This document shows positions 10,459 through 21,409 of a stretch of 64,000 nt of DNA, one piece after another. Positions within the stretch are counted from its first letter, which is position 1. Each line of letters begins with the position of its first letter. A model generated the notes under the pieces. The model did not search any database. It was not told the DNA's origin and worked only from the letters and a program-made list of their open reading frames with translations. Both the position numbers and the translations under genes were made by a program. Source of the DNA: a virus (taxonomy: Duplodnaviria > Caudoviricetes); IMG/VR virus record IMGVR_UViG_3300013382_000004, one strand, 5' to 3'.

Positions 10459-11784
10459 TTAAGCTTTGGCACTCACCACGTAATAGCCATCAACGAATTT
10501 TTGTTCATAACCTTCTGCAATAAATTTTTCATCTAACTTAATAGAAAATTTACCGCCTTTGATTTCAATAACAGTGTTTTCGAGGCCTTGGTTTACAATA
10601 TATCCATTAAAAGTTCCTCCTGTAATTAGAGTTTTTGCTGGATTATACTGTGTATTATAGGCTATAATTGCTATCAGATTCTTATCCTCATCTACGGAAA
10701 AATTACCGCCATTAATCGTCATTTCTAAACCAGAATTTAAAATACTGCCATAAAAACTACCATCGTTGATAATCAATTTCGCATTGTCATCATTCTTAAC
10801 GGCCCAAAACTTAGTTATGTATGTACCGCCATTAATAGTTAATTCTGGACTAGATTGATTAGTTCCCTCTACATAACCCTTGGCAGGATTTGTATCAGTA
10901 TAACTATAATAGCCGTTTTCAATAAGAGAAGATATACCCCGTGGTGCACTAAAGATACCATCATTAATAACCATTTTTCCATGATTTACGCAAGTATAAT
11001 AGCCATTGCCTTTTTCATCAATGGCACGAGCGTAACTGCCGTTTTCAACTGTTAAACTGCCATTATTATCAACAGTTGCTTTACCATTCTTATTGCATTC
11101 AACACTGCCATTGCCAGTAAGGGTTAAAGCGCCGTTGATGCTAACATTAACAGGTGTCTTTTCATTATCGACAATAGCAACATTATTCATGTCAAGAGTG
11201 AATTTTTTATCAGCGTTAATGACTTCGCCTGCGCCTAAACCACCGCTCAGTTTGACTGTACCGCCTTCGTTAACAGCAGCAATAGCTTCACTAGCAGTAT
11301 CATATTTCTATCCATTCGCTTCAACAGAGGTGTCAACGACACTATCACCATAAATTTTTATAACTTCAAGGTCAGCTTTAACTTTATTAATTTCAACATT
11401 TACTAAATCAGCCGTTTCTTCTTTAGTATAATAATTGCTCATGTCAACAGCTTGGAAAATCTCCCAACTATCGCCATCCCAAATGTACAGTTTGTTATCT
11501 TCCGTTACTTGATAAATATCGCCAGTTTTAGCATTATCAGGCAAATCAGCCTTTGTAGCAACAGTGCCAGCGAAACTCATAGCACCTTCGCTAACACCAA
11601 CATACTTTAGCTCGCCCCATGTAGAAGTACCATCACCAATCTTAATCTGGCCTTTGTTATTACCATCAAGAGTTACACAAGGCTCACCTGCCTTTGGGAT
11701 ATAGGTGTTTGCCACTGCATCCCACTACGCTTGATATCCACGGCGCAATTGAATCAGTGTTTGAAGCTTATTAATATCAGCCAT
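10459..11784 (-). CDS. Tail spike/fibre: Mtd_N-like start plus beta-helix-like repeats, 441 aa
   Basis: Track ORFs 11308-11715 and 10459-11190 fuse through TAGs; repeated (L/M)TINGG(T/N)(F/Y) motifs. Confidence 0.75.
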
Positions 11785-11880
11785 TCTTTTCTTTTACACC
11801 TCCCATTTACTTAATTAAAATGTTTTGCAAAATATTTTAACTCGCTATAATTAAATAGCTATCTATTTGAAAAAGACTTC

Positions 11881-12159
11881 TTAGAACCGTGGGACTCCAC
11901 CACCATCTACCAAGTTATCTTCCAAATACTTATCCATATTCTTATTTTCCCATGCTTCATTCTCTTTATTATACATGAGAATATCCTTGTCTTCTACTCC
12001 ACTTTCAGATATCTTTACATCTTTTAAATCTTCAAGTTTCATGTCTTTCGCAGGAATCTCTTCAATTCCAGCATTTAATACACCATATAATACTCCTCTA
12101 TTATAATTAGGAGAATCAGGCGTTATCAGTGTCATTCCACTATAGTCTCTTCTTACCAT
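11881..12159 (-). CDS. Small tail-associated protein
   Basis: LEDLKDV..DILMYN..WENK motif, ends VDGGGVP[CGG]F. Confidence 0.65.
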   Translation of the reverse strand: MVRRDYSGMTLITPDSPNYNRGVLYGVLNAGIEEIPAKDMKLEDLKDVKISESGVEDKDILMYNKENEAWENKNMDKYLEDNLVDGGGVPRF

Positions 12160-12189
12160 GTTTAACCTCCCAACTCTATATAAGAAGTA

Positions 12190-12546
12190 TTATCCTACTT
12201 CATAAGTCAATATAAATTTACCTTTACAAACAGTAGTTATATTACCTTTTATATCGCAAAACTGTACGTCGTATAAATAATCGCCATAAGTCATAAATTT
12301 CGTATCTATACTTTTGATTTTGATTCTCCAAACACGACTACCATCAGCCATATCCATAAATTCAAAATTTTTTTCGATTAAAGGAGGAGTAGCATTATTG
12401 TTCAGAGGATGCTTTCTAACCGTGAATCTGGCTTTATCTCCTTCTCTTGGGCTATATTCCTAATTGTCAGGAGTATATATCTGTAAATCCAATACACAGT
12501 CATCGCCACGTGTAAGTTGTATTACGCCATTGTTTATTTTTAGCAT
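12190..12546 (-). CDS. BppU-like baseplate/Ig-fold protein, 118 aa (one TAG)
   Basis: IQLTRGDD...RFTVRK...DTKFMTYGDYLYDVQ...KFILTYEV pattern; AGGAGG RBS. Confidence 0.7.
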
Positions 12547-12612
12547 AAAAGTCTACTCCTCCTTTCTCTTATATTTTTATTAAATAGTACATAATTGGCT
12601 TATTCGTATATA

Positions 12613-13986
12613 TTAGCCAAATCTTCCACTTCTCCTGTATTTAGTAGAAAGTGGATTTACCTAACCTAATCCATTAAAAGGATTCGTACTGCTCGTTTTA
12701 TTCGCACTCTTTTGCTTTGCAAACATCTCTTTGAATTCTGTTTTGGGCTTTTCTTCTAATGCTAATACCTCTTGAGCACGTAACTCCATTAAGTGATTGC
12801 ACATCATTGCTACACAGTCAACTCGGTCATCGTGCATATTTTTTTGCTTCGCATCGGGAGAAAGTTCAAAAACAATCGTGCCATTCGGCCTCTTTTGTTT
12901 CTGCATACCTACTAACTCTTCTTTTGTTAAGTCAATCTGAATCAAAGAGTTCATTTCATCAAACGAAACCTTTTCGTATCTTATCGAAGTCGTTCCATCA
13001 GAAGCAACTTCTTCAATTTCCATTTCATTACGAGCATTTAAGCTCTTTGGAAACATTACTAATCCTTGGTTAATTGCAGCTTGTGTTCTTTCATAAGCTT
13101 GAACTTTATCACGCTTAAAGTTGAACAATTGCAATTTTCTTATATTTGCAGGATAGTCATCTGCACGTAACTTCATATACGGGTCTTCTTCATCTATAAG
13201 ACCTAAATGACGTTTACCATCAGAACCTACCCAATCATTTAAAAGGAACTACGAGATATCGAACCGTCCTCCCCGTGCTCCAGCATCAATACAGGTAAGT
13301 TCAATATTATCATAGTCCAAAGCGCCTTTATTATAATTTATAAGCATATCTTTAACCATTTCAATTTGTTGTGGCTTTTGAATTATTGCTTTATCACCAT
13401 TGGGTAAAAGTTCAATCAAGTTTTCGCAATTGACTATTTTTAACATTAAACCTTTTTCTTTATCTCTGAAGATTTCTCCTACTAAAACAATAGAATTATC
13501 TAGTTTTGACGCTGGGTCATACGCTAACAGATATTTTTTAGTTCCGTCATTTTCATATACTGGATAGTATGCAAAACTGTTTCGTAAAATCGTTGAGCGT
13601 TTTACAAAAACATCTTCGCCACCATCTCTATCAAAACGATTTCTGTACTCACGTTCAGCTTTGTATGGATTAGTAGCAAATGCATTATCAACTTCATCCT
13701 AAGTAATCAGTGGTTTCATAGGTTTACCATTCATAAAAGGATGTAATGAAAACTCACAGCTAATATCACATACAAAATAATTTGGGTCTCCTAATAACAT
13801 TTTTTCAAATGCCATTTTGTATTGGTCAAAAAGTTCGCTGTCGATACCTTCGGCAGAACTTAATAATAACTTTTTATTTGGTAGTTGTCTTGGATATATA
13901 TCCGTATTAATACCATCACCAGTAATAAAGTTGGTATCCTGTGCAGTAAAAGGACGAGACAGGGCAAAGAATGTCCTGTCGATTTT
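12613..13986 (-). CDS. terL: Terminase large subunit exon 3 (end of ATPase + RNase H-like nuclease)
   Basis: KIDRTFF...LLLSSA...AYDPASKLDNS...IDAGA..MHDDR; one frame once TAG=Gln. Confidence 0.9.
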
Positions 13987-14253
13987 CAATTATCATTACT
14001 CATTATATTTCTATAATGTTTAGACTATATCTTCACCATTTTGGTGCTCCCCGCTTCGGAAAATTATTATTTAACCCTCCTACTCTCTTTCGAGATAGTC
14101 GTTGAACTTTACTTTATTCAAGTCTTAGATGCTGATTATCCAATCTTTATATTTTTTCAGCTTTCGCATTTAAGCATATTTCATCTTTATGCTGTAGCAT
14201 ATAAAGCTCTAAGGACGTTCCAGCAGTTCAAGGAGTATGGGCAAAATCATTTC
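13987..14253 (-). ncRNA. Group I intron 2 of terL (267 nt, no ORF)
   Basis: 5' exon ends in U (GGT), terminal G; P/Q/R/S-like GAACTGCTGGAA, AATCAGCA, GTTCAACGACTA, GAAGATATAGTCTA; IGS GATTTTGCCC pairs with both exons. Confidence 0.9.
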
Positions 14254-14282
14254 ACCCGCTTCATCGTAGACTGAGAAACTTG
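14254..14282 (-). CDS. terL: terL exon 2, a 29 nt micro-exon encoding Walker B
   Basis: CA AGT TTC TCA GTC TAC GAT GAA GCG GGT; splicing gives GIRSSFSVYDEAGKIDR in frame. Confidence 0.85.
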
Positions 14283-15483
14283 CGACTTGTTATCGTGAAG
14301 TTTTTTATCTTCACTTCTTATAATTTCTTATAAGTCCAGCATAAATTTTCACGCATTTGGCTTACGTGGAGGACACTCGTGGCGAGATTATATTTATTCA
14401 CTCGCTATGCGTTACATTATTTATTAGCCTTTCGCAATCTAATAAATTAACTCGGTATTATCATATTTAACAACTTAGACTCCACCGATTTTGCCCTCTA
14501 ATTATTTCAAAATGTCATTGTTTTATTTCTTTTACCCAGTGAAAACCACCAGCAGTATTTTGTTTACCACTAACAACTCTTTGTATAGAAGCTTTGTCTA
14601 CACCTTTTTGTCTTCCTGCTTCAGCAAACGAAGGAAATTTTTCTCCTGTCTCAACACAAATGCAATAATAAGGAGCATGACCTTCTCCAATTTTTCTTTT
14701 CCAGTCTTCATCCATTTTTCTGCCAAGCATTGCTTGCCTCATCTTTTCTTTGTGTTCTTCTGTTCTTTCAGGTCTTTTGTAATCAGGATGATTTTTATAC
14801 CATTCTTTTCTTGCTTCGCTCATCTTTTTCTTGGACTCTTCTGAATGGTGCTTCCCTTTTTGAGCTTCACTACGCTTTTTTATTTCTTCCGCTGTTAATT
14901 TTCTCCCATACATGGGATTATTTTCACCAGATATATCTCTATTTGATGCATGAATTTTATTTTTCTTCCGAATGGCTTCTTTGGTCTCTTCGGAATGTTT
15001 TCTCCCATAAAAAGGATTTTTTTCACCATCATAGCGTCCTTCCATAGTTTCCTTAAGTTTCTGCTTTGTCTCTTCACTTAAAGGTCCGTTAAAACCGCCT
15101 TCTCTTGTGTTATATCCTTTTTGTGGATTTCTTGAATCATAAAAATCAATCATTTCTTTCTCTTTTTTATCTGCTTCTTCTTTTGTTAAATTAGCAAATA
15201 AAATTTCATGGTCGAAATTATCCCAACCATATTTTATAATTGCACGAGCAATCTGAGGCTGAACCCAATCTCCGTTTTTCTTTTTATGAAGATATCCTTC
15301 TCCATTATTACCCGTTCTTTCTATTAAAGACATACCTGTTAATCCAATATAAACTTTTCCATTATCTTTACAAGTATGTTTATAAACTATATAATTATTT
15401 TCCATTTTATCTCCTTGAGAATAGCCTTTAGCCAAATATTCTCAAAATAAAACTTGGCTTCATTTTGAAACGGCAGTTTTCCT
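14283..15483 (-). mobile_element. Group I intron 1 of terL carrying a homing endonuclease
   Basis: P1 GGU|AG-GAAAA-CUGCC with U.G at the splice site; TTTCAAAATG/CATTTTGAAA stem encloses the ORF; GAGGGC/GTCCTC (P3), GCATA/TATGC (P7); terminal G. Confidence 0.85.
14515..15405 (-). CDS. Intron-encoded GIY-YIG homing endonuclease with NUMOD3 repeats
   Basis: YIVYKHT..KVYIGLT, KYGWDNF, GYN, NPFYGRKHSEETK repeats; AAGGAG RBS before ATG at 15405. Confidence 0.9.
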   Translation of the reverse strand: MENNYIVYKHTCKDNGKVYIGLTGMSLIERTGNNGEGYLHKKKNGDWVQPQIARAIIKYGWDNFDHEILFANLTKEEADKKEKEMIDFYDSRNPQKGYNTREGGFNGPLSEETKQKLKETMEGRYDGEKNPFYGRKHSEETKEAIRKKNKIHASNRDISGENNPMYGRKLTAEEIKKRSEAQKGKHHSEESKKKMSEARKEWYKNHPDYKRPERTEEHKEKMRQAMLGRKMDEDWKRKIGEGHAPYYCICVETGEKFPSFAEAGRQKGVDKASIQRVVSGKQNTAGGFHWVKEIKQ

Positions 15484-16006
15484 ACCTGATACCTACGATG
15501 TTCTTTATTACACTGTTTAACGTATTAATTGTACTACCATTATATAAACTAACTGTATATCCACTCTTGGGATGAACAAATGGGTCAGCCTAAGTATTAG
15601 CTCTAACACATTCATCCAAGAACACTGAAGATGTTCCTAACAAAGAGGCAATGTTACCCTTTGCCATATCTTCCATTTTCTAAAATGTCTCTTGAGACTG
15701 GCCTCCACTTGGGGCCATAATATATGTGTTAGTATTTGGAAGCAAAAGTGCTCTTGCCATCATAAAAGGAGCGGCTAAAAAACTTTTCCGGCTATTTCTG
15801 CCCATAAGCCATACGCAGTTTGCAGGACACCAACTACTCAGCAAAACATACTTTTGCATATCAGTTAGCTATATTTTAAAAAAATCTTCAATAAATCTTG
15901 TGGGGTTTGCTCTTCCCCACTAAATTATCTTGGTATATTTTTCAAAAATTTCTTTTCTTTTTGGGAGTAGCTCATAATTAAAATCATTAAAAATAACATT
16001 AATCAT
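15484..16006 (-). CDS. terL: Terminase large subunit exon 1 (ATPase, Walker A)
   Basis: II[TAG]WGRANPTRFIEDFF..LTDMQKY..GRNS[CGG]KSF..YIMAP..LYNGSTI; spliced product 641 aa. Confidence 0.9.
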
Positions 16007-17649
16007 TAATAACCACCCCAACTTCCGCCATCTTCGTCATGTTCCTTATCATACTAACGTTTTTCTTCTTCCAATTTCTTTTCGGCTAATTCACGTTTAG
16101 CCAATCTCAAATTTTCCGTAAGTGTGGCGTTTTCTCTCTACAATGCAAGCAATTTCTTAAGCTAATCTTGACAGGTTTTATATACTTCTGCTTCACTCAT
16201 ACTAAGTTGATTAAAAATAGCTGCAAAACTTGCATCCGCAGCTTGATTAATACTCTTACTAGTCTCAACATCGTACATATTAAGAATAGCATTTTCATAT
16301 TTCATCTCATTCATCTTAGCCATAATACCAGAGAAAGTATTTTCACCCTTAGCTTTACTAATAGCATAACGCTCACCGAAGCCATTATCTCTACTAAAGC
16401 TTGTAATTGTTTCGAGTTCTTTTTTCTTTAATTCAGACAATGCTTTTAATTCTGAAACAGGAGCATCGGTATCGCTCTTCTTTCTGTATTTTTCGTTTAA
16501 CTCACGAATATTTTTAAAAGAAAGAACAATCTAAATAGCTGCTTGAACCTTTAATCCATCAAGCTCCATGCCTTGTTCCATCATGCCAAGTAAGTCTTTA
16601 TAAAGAATTTTTCTATCTTTTTCAACTTCAAAGTAAAAGGGGTCATAGCCGACCATCTTGATAACTTGTCTTTTTGCCTCAAGGTCAGCTTTACTCCATT
16701 CTTCTTCTAAATCTTCAGGTACATTACCTGTTTTACTATTAATTATTTTATCAGCTTTTGAATCACCTTGGTTTTGACTTACATCAACATCAGGAGATTC
16801 CAAGAAAACTTTACCCTTAAGAGTAGCACTACGAGAAATGACATTCATATATTCTTCAACAATATGAGTTTTTCTATCTTTCTCTTCCATAGCTTTCTTA
16901 GCCTTAAAATAACTAACATCATCGTAATATATATTAAGATAGCTGCAAAGCCACTTCATAGCCTTTTCACCATCTTTATCAGCTTTTTCATAAAACAAAT
17001 ATTCATATAAATTCTTACAGCAATCTATACAAATATGAGTATGCATTCTACCATTAGGTTCAATACGACCCAAATTTCCTTCGTTATATGCCAAGAAATA
17101 CTTTTCTTGGGGTAAAGCTTTACCACAACAAGAACATACATATTTATCATACAAAGGAATAAACCTATTAAAATATTTCATCCAACTTTGATAAAGTTTT
17201 TGCAAATATTCTGGTAGCTTAGGTTTTTCTTTTCTTTTTTCTTTTTTCTTGGTTAACTGTTCACTTAACTAATCAGAAGCAGAATCTTTAGAAGTATCAA
17301 TTTCATCATTAATAACTTTATCACAGTCATCAATAATTTCCTGATAAGCTTCTTCGTACTCGGTATATTTCTTATAATCAAGCTATCTTACAGTACCATC
17401 TTCATCTTTATAAAAATTGATAGGGTCAAAAAAAGTATTATAATCAACAGTATCTTTAAGACTTGGTGTTCCAATATCGCCAACAATTTCTTTAAGAGCC
17501 TGTTTATGTTCATCTTTCAAAGAATACTTCCAAGATTCTCCGAATTCCTCTTTTTTTCTTTGAGTTTCTAATTTCTTTTGAATTGCGTCTAATCTTTTTT
17601 GTTCCTTTGCGATGTTAGCTTTGGCCCTAGCATTTGTTAATTTAGCCAT
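16006..17649 (-). CDS. Zn-binding/coiled-coil protein upstream of terL, 547 aa (possible terminase small subunit)
   Basis: Three track ORFs fuse through TAGs; CSCCG, CIDC, GYDPF; TAATG overlap with the terL start. Confidence 0.7.
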
Positions 17650-17695
17650 TTAACACCTTCTAATCCTTTTAATCCTATTGACTCACAAATTTCTA

Positions 17696-17899
17696 TTAAT
17701 CAACAATTTGGAACCAAAAATCTCCAGCTTTCTAATCAGTAGGTTGTTCCTTGCTAATTGCGATGTCTGGTAAATTATCCACTGTTTCCGCAATATTTTT
17801 ATTGTTCTCATTAATATTATTACGGAATGTGTTGGCTAATCCAACCGTCACTTCCTTGATTAGAGCTTTAAGAGACTTTCTGCGAGTGGGTGCAGCCAT
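17696..17899 (-). CDS. Small protein, 67 aa (one TAG)
   Basis: Ends PDIAISKEQPTD[TAG]KAGDFWFQIVD, paralogous to the C-terminus of 1477-1887. Confidence 0.7.
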
Positions 17900-17951
17900 A
17901 AAAATTCACCATCCTTCTCTTAATAAATAAACACTTCTCGGTAAAAACAAA

Positions 17952-18725
17952 TTACTTTTTAGGCTTCCCTTGAAGTAATAGCAACCAAACATCTCTACTA
18001 ACAACGCCATTTTGTCTTAAACCGTACATCTTCTAGTATTGAGTAACTACGGCTTCAAGGCGTTCATCGAAGAGTGAATCATCACCTGAATTAAATCCTA
18101 AGTTATTAAAGAGTAATTTAACCACTTTAACAGCTTCATTACTTGAGCCTTTATGTAAATAAGGCACTTGTCCAGCGATTGTTTTTATTTTCGATTCATA
18201 CATGGGTAGTTTATATCCAACACACGCTTTAGCATAATCAGGCAAGCCAAAACCTCTAATATATTTGTTATCGACTTCCATTGAACGAATCTTAACCTCG
18301 TTAGAATAATTCCCTTCTATAACTCTAAAAGAATTTCCAGAAACTTCATAAACCATTCCAACGTGTTCAGCTTCACTAGTACAATCGCCTACACCATTGT
18401 CATCCCAATCATAGAAACACAAATCTCCAAGTTGGGGTTTGTAAGCATCGTTCTCTTCCCATCTATTATACTTCTTATACAAAGCAATCATTCTATTACA
18501 ACTGCATTCAGGATAAATGTAATTAGTTAAATTCATCATTTGTGCTACAGCCGATACAGTAGCAGCACACCAAGGCTCTGTATATAAAAGTTTATGACTT
18601 GCAGGAAGAGGAGTTATTTTATTATAAATATCGACAATTATTTTATACTTTTCGTTAGATTGACTCCAACCAAGCCATCTATTAAACTAATCAACTGTCG
18701 CTTGTCTCAACTATTGTTCCGTCAT
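17952..18725 (-). CDS. Endolysin: CHAP amidase + peptidoglycan-binding domain, 257 aa
   Basis: MTEQ[TAG]LRQ...PWCAATVS...EHVGMV..IEGN..IRGFGLPDY; LHKGSSNEAVK..Y[TAG]KMYGL.QNGVV. Confidence 0.85.
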
Positions 18726-19536
18726 CTGTTATTTCACCTTGCCAAACTTCATTTCGTTTCTTTTTAAGTTCAGCTTGACGTTTAATCCACTCATTATATT
18801 CTTTTCTATGTTTAAGCTGTTGCTCATGTTTCTTTTGAACTCTTGTAGGGTCAGCAAGATAAGGTTCCCAAAGTCTTTGATAGTCTTTATGCTTTTCCCA
18901 CCATTCGGCTTTCATGTCTTCTAGAATATCTTCAAATGGTCGCTCAATTAAATCTTCTTCAGCAACACCATTTGCTCTTTGTTTTTCTAAGTCCATTTGC
19001 CTCATTAAAGCATTACGAGCTTCTTGATGTTTAATCTTTTTTCTTTCGTTGCTTGCTTCTCTTGCTTTTTGATGAGGGGTTTGAGGGCCTTTCTTTTCTT
19101 CATCTGCTTTTTGACATAATTCCTAAATCTTCTCTTCAGGAAGTCCTTCATATTCTGGAATTTCAGGTTCACCAACGTCTTGTCTATACTTCCTAGCTAA
19201 CGAAGTATATCTATTCTCAGGCCAAGCGAAGAATTCATTTGCATAAACTCTATCACAATTCTTAGCTTCTCTACTAAACTTAATCATTGGATATCCTAAA
19301 AAAGCAGAAGACCAAGCCTTCTATTTTTGAATTTCGGGAAGAACAGAAACATAGCCAGTAATTTTATGAGATGGTTTAGTAGTTCCATAAATAGAACCAA
19401 ACACAAAATCAAGCTAATCTTCCATAGCAATAGTATCAAGAATTTTATACTCTAAAGATTCAATTACATTAGCAACTGTTTCTTTATCGTATCCAGTTTC
19501 TTCCATAATTGCTTTAATCAGTCTAAATCTTGTCAT
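18691..19536 (-). CDS. HU-like domain fused to a long charged C-terminal extension, 281 aa
   Basis: The N-terminal ~95 aa align by eye to the adjacent HU (GYPMIKFSREAKNCD vs GYPKFKFSSNMKKCD); three TAGs. Confidence 0.7.
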
Positions 19537-19550
19537 TGTATCACCTATAT

Positions 19551-19585
19551 AAAAAGCTCCAAGCCATTGAAATGACTTGGAGCTA
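19551..19585 (-). terminator. Intrinsic terminator after HU
   Basis: AGCTCCAAG/CTTGGAGCT hairpin followed by a T tract on the minus strand. Confidence 0.65.
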
Positions 19586-19634
19586 ACTTTTAATTTATAC
19601 AGACTTCTTTATCCGAAAGAAATCTACTTTGTAA

Positions 19635-19916
19635 TTAGTCACACTTCTTCATATTAGAAGAGAACTTAAACTTAGGATAACCATGCTTCTCGGGAACTTC
19701 CACCTTGGAACCATCACGAGGATTCCTAACAGTCTTAGCAGGACGGGTGTAACCAGAGAAAACACCCAAGCTTCCGAGCTTAACACTATCCTCAGAAGCA
19801 ACAACATTGGTAATAACCTCATCAATACCCTTGATGACAGCCTCAATATCCTTCTTAGAAATATCCGCGCAAACCTCAGTGTCCTTAATAGCAGCAATAA
19901 ACTCATTCTTAACCAT
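19635..19916 (-). CDS. HU family DNA-binding protein
   Basis: MVKNEFI..SKKD..LGVF..RPAKTVRNPRDG..PKFK; sigma-A promoter near 20010-20040. Confidence 0.9.
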   Translation of the reverse strand: MVKNEFIAAIKDTEVCADISKKDIEAVIKGIDEVITNVVASEDSVKLGSLGVFSGYTRPAKTVRNPRDGSKVEVPEKHGYPKFKFSSNMKKCD

Positions 19917-20083
19917 AATATTAAATACTCCTTTAAATCTTTTAAATTTTAATTTTTAAAATTACCTTTTAAAACCTTTATTTATCAAGGCTTTCCCTCG
20001 ACTCGCTTTATATATAACACAATTTTATATCCTTGTCAAGAGTTTTTGAAAAATTTTCTCAAAAATTTTAGAAACAGTTTCTA

Positions 20084-20521
20084 TCAATCTTCGGTATGAG
20101 CTTCAACAACCTTCGGCACAAACTTGTAGCCTCCTCTAGATTTATTGTTGCTCCAAATACCGAGTTCAAGCATAATCTTAGAAATCTTCTTACAACGGTA
20201 AACACCATAAGAATCTTGGAAACAAATGGCATTGACCTTATACTCACCCCAACGCTGAGTATTTGCATCATTCAAAATCTTCTTTTCGACAAGCTTCTTA
20301 TACTGATTTACACTAATTCTCTGGAGATTGAGGTCATCATACTTTCCAAGGAAAAGCATAATCTCAGGCTCTTCAGCAACATAAATAGTCTTATCACGAC
20401 CAACGTGTTCTCTATTAGTGACAGTATAGTTAGCATCCTGTGGATTTAAACCAACACGTCTATCCTTAAGAAGACCAACTCTCTCTAATTCTTTACGCTC
20501 GTATTTAGAAACCTTAATCAT
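20084..20521 (-). CDS. Hypothetical protein
   Basis: 145 aa, AAAGGA RBS, biased codons. Confidence 0.7.
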   Translation of the reverse strand: MIKVSKYERKELERVGLLKDRRVGLNPQDANYTVTNREHVGRDKTIYVAEEPEIMLFLGKYDDLNLQRISVNQYKKLVEKKILNDANTQRWGEYKVNAICFQDSYGVYRCKKISKIMLELGIWSNNKSRGGYKFVPKVVEAHTED

Positions 20522-20668
20522 AAATTATCAATCCTTTTTATTTTTAAATTTGAAGAGATTTTACTTCTTCTCTCCTTTAATTTTTTCACTGTTTTTTGAA
20601 AAATGGTCGTTTTTGCCATATAAATTGCGGCTTTTAAAAATAGAGTTTCGCGGAGGAGGGTGTTTTTC

Positions 20669-21409
20669 TTAATATTCATTTAAGCCACCTTCTGTCGCAT
20701 TATAACCGTTATAATAACTGTTAAATTCTTTAATATAATACTTTTCCCAATAAGAAGCAGCTTCTTCACATAGGTTTTCTTTTAATATATTGTGTTGAAA
20801 ATTTCCCCACCCATATTTCTTAACAGCATTATAAAATTTCTTTTGCTTATAATACCCGTCTCCATTGCGCCATCTTGTTTGTGGAGATTGTTGAGTAATA
20901 CCGATATAAGATTTTCCATTTGGACTCAAATGCTGATAAACAAGCCAATTTCCTTCTTTATCCAACCAATCTTTGCCAACAAACTCATCATCAGTTGACT
21001 TTACTATTTCTTCTTTTAAATTTACTCCGACTTTTGTTTGAGTTGTTGTAATTGTGTGATATTCTTTAATGAAAAAAGACAAGTAATTATTTATTTCTTC
21101 AAAAGAACATTCTTCCCATCTTAAAAATTTAACTTCTCTAAAATAAAAAGAATTATAAAGTGTAATATTATGGATATATCCTTTTCTTTTTAAAGCTTCG
21201 CAAAATAAACATAGACTCTTTTCTTTTAATAAAGAGCAATCCTTTTCTGTTAGCAAACTATTTTTAGCTTTATTAAATAATTTGTTAGATATTTTCATGC
21301 AACCAATCCATTTATATGTTATTGCAACTTCTTTTAATCCAGTAATATCAGACTCTTTTAATTTACTTGCGCATAAGAAAAACAGATAGTATTTTTTATT
21401 CTTCTCCAT
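20669..21409 (-). CDS. Free-standing GIY-YIG endonuclease (C-terminal catalytic domain)
   Basis: WLVYQHLSPNGKSYIGIT..RW..KYGW..E.YYI..NGYNATEGG; start uncertain. Confidence 0.8.
   Translation of the reverse strand: MEKNKKYYLFFLCASKLKESDITGLKEVAITYKWIGCMKISNKLFNKAKNSLLTEKDCSLLKEKSLCLFCEALKRKGYIHNITLYNSFYFREVKFLRWEECSFEEINNYLSFFIKEYHTITTTQTKVGVNLKEEIVKSTDDEFVGKDWLDKEGNWLVYQHLSPNGKSYIGITQQSPQTRWRNGDGYYKQKKFYNAVKKYGWGNFQHNILKENLCEEAASYWEKYYIKEFNSYYNGYNATEGGLNEY

Noticed and set aside
5842-11784. Diversity-generating retroelement suggested by the Mtd_N-like domains
   Set aside because: No reverse transcriptase or TR/VR repeat pair is visible in the window
13699-13989. Independent gene starting at TTG 13989
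   Set aside because: The TTG is the end of intron 2 (terminal G at 13987); the ORF is part of terminase exon 3
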